Origin: an uncultured Acidobacteriota bacterium
GTDB taxonomy: Bacteria; Acidobacteriota; Polarisedimenticolia; J045
Assembly: GCA_963702425.1 (NCBI GenBank)
Contig: CAVPCQ010000031.1
Coordinates: forward strand, 1-63,432
Length of the DNA stretch: 63,432 bases
Direction of reading: 5' to 3'
Shown piece after piece: positions 59,489-63,432 of this stretch; the stretch's first letter is position 1; every line of letters starts with the position of its first letter. The position numbers were made by a program, and so were the translations under genes. The notes beneath the pieces were generated by a model that was not told the origin of the DNA, searched no databases, and worked only from the letters and a program-made list of their open reading frames with translations.

Positions 59489-60736
59489 GTGAACACGCCC
59501 AGAGAGACAGCCGGCCGGCCGGTCGTCGTCGTCACCGGCACGGGCGCGGTGACCGGTTTCGGCTGGGGGCAGGGCCCGCTCCTGGCAGCGCTCGCCCGCG
59601 GGGATCGCGCCTTCCGGCCGATCGGTCGCTTCGACCACGCGCGCCACCGGACCCACCTGGCGGCCGAGGTCCCCGAAGCGGGGCGTCCGGCAGCGCTCGC
59701 GGGCCTGCCGCTGGCCGACGCCTTCGCCGTCTTCGCGGCCGAAGAGGCGCTGGCCGGGGCCGGCCTCGAGCGCACTCGGCTCGGCGCGGGGACCGGCGTC
59801 TTCTTCGCCAGCTCCACCGGCAACATGGTCGAGGCCGAACGGTTCTTCGCCGAGCTGACCGCCGCCGCGCACCGTCGCGTGCGGACCGGCCTGCTGGCCT
59901 CGCAGCCCTGCAGCGGACCGGCGGAGGCGATCGCCCGCCGCACCGGCGCCGCCGGCCCGACCGAGTCTGTCTCCGCCGCCTGCGCCTCCGGCTCGATGTC
60001 GGTCGCGCGCGCGCTCGATGCGCTGCGCCTCGGGGAGTGCGACGTGGCGCTCGCCGGCGGCTCCGACTCGCTCTGCCAGCTGACCTACGGCGGCTTCAAC
60101 GCGCTGCGCGCCGTCGACCCCGGCATGACGCGGCCGTTCCGCGACGGACGCCTCGGGCTCTCGATGGGCGAGGGTGCGGGGGTGCTGGTCCTGGAGACGC
60201 TCGAGCACGCCGACGAGCGTGGGGCGACGCCCCTGGCGATCCTCGCCGGCGCCGCGGTCAGCTGCGACGCGAGCCACATGACGGCACCGCACCCCGAGGG
60301 TGCGGGAGCGGTGCGCGCGATGCGCGACGCGCTCGCCGACGCCGGGCTGCGGGCGGACGAGATCGACTTCGTCAACCTGCACGGCACCGGCACGGCGCTC
60401 AACGACGCCGCCGAGTGGGCCGCGCTCGTCACGGTCTTCGGCGCCCGCGCGGGAGAGATCCCGGTGGCGTCGACGAAGGCCCTGATCGGGCACCTGCTCG
60501 GCTCGGCCGGCGCCGTCGAGGCGGTGGTCACGATCTGCGCCCTGCGCGAAGGTTTGCTGCACCCGACCCCGGGCGGCGGGCCGCCTTCCGAGCCGCCGTC
60601 GGCGGAGACGCCGGTCCGCATCGGACTCGACGCGCCGCTCGCGGTGCCGGGGGCGCGTTTCGCGCTTTCGGTCAACTTCGGCTTCGGCGGCGCCAACGCC
60701 GCGCTGGTCTTCGAGCGGCCGGCGGAGGGCGCGTGA
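59489..60736 (+). CDS. Beta-ketoacyl-ACP synthase (FabF/FabB-type), catalytic triad intact
   Basis: ACASG (Cys), HGTGT, STKALIGH, NFGFGG. Confidence 0.93.
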   Translation: MNTPRETAGRPVVVVTGTGAVTGFGWGQGPLLAALARGDRAFRPIGRFDHARHRTHLAAEVPEAGRPAALAGLPLADAFAVFAAEEALAGAGLERTRLGAGTGVFFASSTGNMVEAERFFAELTAAAHRRVRTGLLASQPCSGPAEAIARRTGAAGPTESVSAACASGSMSVARALDALRLGECDVALAGGSDSLCQLTYGGFNALRAVDPGMTRPFRDGRLGLSMGEGAGVLVLETLEHADERGATPLAILAGAAVSCDASHMTAPHPEGAGAVRAMRDALADAGLRADEIDFVNLHGTGTALNDAAEWAALVTVFGARAGEIPVASTKALIGHLLGSAGAVEAVVTICALREGLLHPTPGGGPPSEPPSAETPVRIGLDAPLAVPGARFALSVNFGFGGANAALVFERPAEGA

Positions 60737-62016
60737 ACGCCTCCCGCGGCGACGCCGACGCGATCCGCGTCCGCGACCCGAACCCCGAGCTGCGCGACGT
60801 CGTGGTCACCGGCTTCGGGACGCTGGGTGCGTTCGGCGCCGGACGCGAGGCGCTGGCCGCGGGGCTGCGCGCCGGCGCTCCGCGGCTGTCGCCGGTCGAG
60901 CGGCCGCCCGGCTATCACCGCGCGCGCTCCGCACGGGCCGCGGCGCTGGTGACCGAGAAGGACCTCTCCCGCTGGGTGGCGCCCGCCGCCGCTCGGCGGA
61001 TGGGGTTGCCGTCGCGCTTCGCCGTCGCGGCGTCGATGATGGCGCTCGAGGACGCCGGGCTCGCGAAGGCCGACCTCGCGCCGGAGATCGGCGCCCGCGG
61101 CGCGGTCTTCCTAGGAACCGCCTTCGGCGCCGCGCTCTTTTCCGAGCAGCTCCTCTCCGAGATCCTCCGCGACCCCGAGCAGGCCTCGCCGTTCCGCTTC
61201 GCGGAATCGGTGGCCAACGCCCCGACCGCGCAGGTCGCGCTGGCGCTGGGGATCACGGGCGCCAACGTCACGCTGACGCTGCGCGAGGCCGGCCCGCTGG
61301 CGGCGATCGCCGGCGCGGCGCGGGAGATCGCGCTCGGGCGCGCCGACTGGGCGCTCGCCGGCGGGGTCGAGGAGCTGTCGCCGCTGCTGCACGCCGCGCT
61401 CGACCGCTTCCGCGCGCTGGCGCGGCCCCACGGCGGCGAGCCGGAGACCGCGCGCCCGTTCGACGCGCGCCGCGACGGCTTCGTCGCCGCGGAGGGGGCG
61501 ACGATCCTGCTGCTGGAGAGCGCCGACCGCGCGGCGCAGCGCGGCGCGACGGTGTGCGCGCGCGTACGCGGCGCGATCCAGGCCAACGATCCGACCGCGC
61601 CTCCGGCGAGCTGGGGCTGCGGCGTGGACGAGCTGGCCGAGGCGCTGGCCGCCGGCCTGGCGCGCCACCGCGTGCTGCCCGAGGAGATCGGGCTCGTCGT
61701 CAGCGGCGCTTCCGGGGCGCGGCGCGGCGACCTGCTCGAAGGGCAGGTGCTGCGCGCGGGGTGGGAAGGGGCGGAACTCCCGCCGGTCACGGCGCCCAAG
61801 GGTGCGACGGGCGAGTACGGCGGCTTCATCGCCGGGGCGGCCGTGCTCGCGGTCGAGACGGGGCTGGTCGCGCCGCCGCGCTGGTTCGCGGAGGAGGACG
61901 AGGGGGTCGGCATCGCGCCGGCGGCGGCGCTCGACGCGCCGCCCACCCGGACCGTGCTCGTCTCCACGCTCGCCGCGGCCGGGGCGGCGACCTGGCTGCT
62001 GCTGGACCCGGCTTGA
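60733..62016 (+). CDS. Non-catalytic KS homolog (chain-length-factor-like)
   Basis: KS fold (VVVTGFG, RPFDARRDGF..AEGA) but REAG replaces ACASG, SGASG replaces HGTGT, GE replaces GH. Confidence 0.82.
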   Translation: MNASRGDADAIRVRDPNPELRDVVVTGFGTLGAFGAGREALAAGLRAGAPRLSPVERPPGYHRARSARAAALVTEKDLSRWVAPAAARRMGLPSRFAVAASMMALEDAGLAKADLAPEIGARGAVFLGTAFGAALFSEQLLSEILRDPEQASPFRFAESVANAPTAQVALALGITGANVTLTLREAGPLAAIAGAAREIALGRADWALAGGVEELSPLLHAALDRFRALARPHGGEPETARPFDARRDGFVAAEGATILLLESADRAAQRGATVCARVRGAIQANDPTAPPASWGCGVDELAEALAAGLARHRVLPEEIGLVVSGASGARRGDLLEGQVLRAGWEGAELPPVTAPKGATGEYGGFIAGAAVLAVETGLVAPPRWFAEEDEGVGIAPAAALDAPPTRTVLVSTLAAAGAATWLLLDPA

Positions 62017-62024
62017 CCGCCGCG

Positions 62025-62729
62025 ATGAATCCCCGCCGCGTCGCGGTCGCGATCCCGGCCTACCAGGCCGCGCCGAGCATTGCCGACGTCGCGCGGCGCG
62101 CGCTGGGGCAGATCCCGCAGGTGCTCGTCGTCGACGACGGATCGACCGACGGCACCGCCGACGCCGCGCGGGCCGCCGGCGTGCGCGTGATCTCCCACCC
62201 GCGGAACCGCGGCAAGGGGGCCGCAATGCGGACCGCCTTCGACGACCTTTTCCCGCGCGGCTTCGAGGCCGTCGTCACGGTCGACGCCGACGCGCAGCAC
62301 CCGCCGGAGGAGATCCCGAAGCTGCTCGAGGCGTGGGAGCTGGGCGCGGACCTGGTGATGGGCGTTCGTGACCACCAGTTCGCGGAGATGTTCTGGGTGC
62401 GGCGGCTGTCGAACCGGCTGTCGTCGCGGGGGATCTCGTTCCTGGCCGGCCAGCTGCTGCCCGACGTGCAGACCGGCTTCCGGCTCTACACCCGTGCGCT
62501 CTACGCGCAGCTCGGGATGCCGGAGGACCGCTTCGAGGCCGAGAGCGCGATCGTGGTCCGCGCGGTGCGCGCCGGCTTCCCGGTCGCCTGTACGCCGGTC
62601 CACCTGGCCTGCGCCGACGGCCGCACCACCAGCCACTACCGCCCGCTGATCGACAGCCTGCGGATCGCCCGCGCCGTGATCCGTGCGCGGATGGAGGCCC
62701 GTTCGTGGACCAGGGCGTCGTCCTCGTAA
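62025..62729 (+). CDS. GT2 glycosyltransferase
   Basis: IPAYQ, VVDDGSTD, NRGKGAA, DADAQH, DVQTGFRLY, SHYRP. Confidence 0.92.
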   Translation: MNPRRVAVAIPAYQAAPSIADVARRALGQIPQVLVVDDGSTDGTADAARAAGVRVISHPRNRGKGAAMRTAFDDLFPRGFEAVVTVDADAQHPPEEIPKLLEAWELGADLVMGVRDHQFAEMFWVRRLSNRLSSRGISFLAGQLLPDVQTGFRLYTRALYAQLGMPEDRFEAESAIVVRAVRAGFPVACTPVHLACADGRTTSHYRPLIDSLRIARAVIRARMEARSWTRASSS

Positions 62730-63432
62730 CCGGCGGCAGCCGCGGCATCGGCCGCGCGCTCGTCGAACGGCTCGCCGGAGCGGGCGGGCGCGTGGCGTTC
62801 ACCTATCACAGCGGCGAGGCCGAGGCGCGCGCGCTCGAGGCCGCGCTCGGTCTGGGAGTGCGCGGCTTCCCGCTGGACCTGCTCGACCGCGGCGCGCCGG
62901 CGCGCGTCGTCGAGGCGGCGGAGTCGGCGCTCGGTCCGGTGCTGGGCCTGGTCAACAACGCCGCGGTGCGGCGCGAGGCGCTCGTCGGCTTCTGCGGCGA
63001 CGAGGAGTGGGACACGGTGATCGACGCCAACCTCGGCGGCGCGTTCCGCTGCGCGCGGGCGGCGCTGCGCGGGATGATCGGTGCGCGGCGCGGTGCGATC
63101 GTCAACGTCGCCTCGCTGTCGGCCTATCGCGGCGTCGCGGGGCAGGCCGCCTACGCGGCCTCGAAGGCCGGCCTGCTGGCGCTCACCCGTTGCCTCGCGC
63201 GCGAGCTGGGGCGGTCGGGGGTGCGCGTCAACGCCGTCGTGCCGGGCCTCGTCGACACGACGATGACCGCCGACCTGACCGACGCGCGCCGCGCGCAGCT
63301 GCGCGCCGACCAGTGCCTGCGCGCGCCGGTTCCGCCCGACGGGGTGGCGCGCGTGATCGCGTTCCTCCTGTCCGACGACGCAGCGCACGTCACCGGACAG
63401 GAGGTCATCGTCGACGCCGGGACCTCGGCCTG
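62705..63432 (+). CDS. fabG: 3-oxoacyl-ACP reductase (FabG-like SDR); stop codon probably cut at the window edge
   Basis: Manual translation: VLVTGGSRGIG, VNNAA, YAASKAG, VNAVVPG; sequence ends ...GTSA-TG. Confidence 0.9.
   Translation, partial: MDQGVVLVTGGSRGIGRALVERLAGAGGRVAFTYHSGEAEARALEAALGLGVRGFPLDLLDRGAPARVVEAAESALGPVLGLVNNAAVRREALVGFCGDEEWDTVIDANLGGAFRCARAALRGMIGARRGAIVNVASLSAYRGVAGQAAYAASKAGLLALTRCLARELGRSGVRVNAVVPGLVDTTMTADLTDARRAQLRADQCLRAPVPPDGVARVIAFLLSDDAAHVTGQEVIVDAGTSA

Overview
High-GC (roughly 70-75% by eye) bacterial chromosome segment. Gene content suggests a diderm, possibly Acidobacteriota-like organism (inference only). From left to right: (1) two Ser/Thr kinase-TPR / ECF sigma modules around a beta-helix gene and an LssY-C gene; (2) a 14-repeat FG-GAP (integrin-alpha-like) surface protein; (3) a GT2 and two TMTC-like membrane glycosyltransferases; (4) a damaged MNT-HEPN toxin-antitoxin pair; (5) cobalamin salvage genes; (6) an ECF/anti-sigma/Spy trio; (7) a stand-alone bacterial histone with a Lys-rich N-terminal tail (top finding); (8) a ~27 kb flagellar cluster (fliK to fliL) with readable sigma54 and sigma28 promoters and a repeated enhancer-like palindrome; (9) GTAG-type REPs; (10) tmRNA followed by a small accessory patch (GIY-YIG with REP-like palindromes, internally deleted SWIM-SNF2 helicase, MNT-like protein); (11) a USP; (12) the start of a type II FAS/PKS (aryl-polyene-like) cluster. 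Several single-base frameshifts in otherwise intact genes suggest an error-prone long-read assembly, so apparent fusions and pseudogenes need read-level checking.
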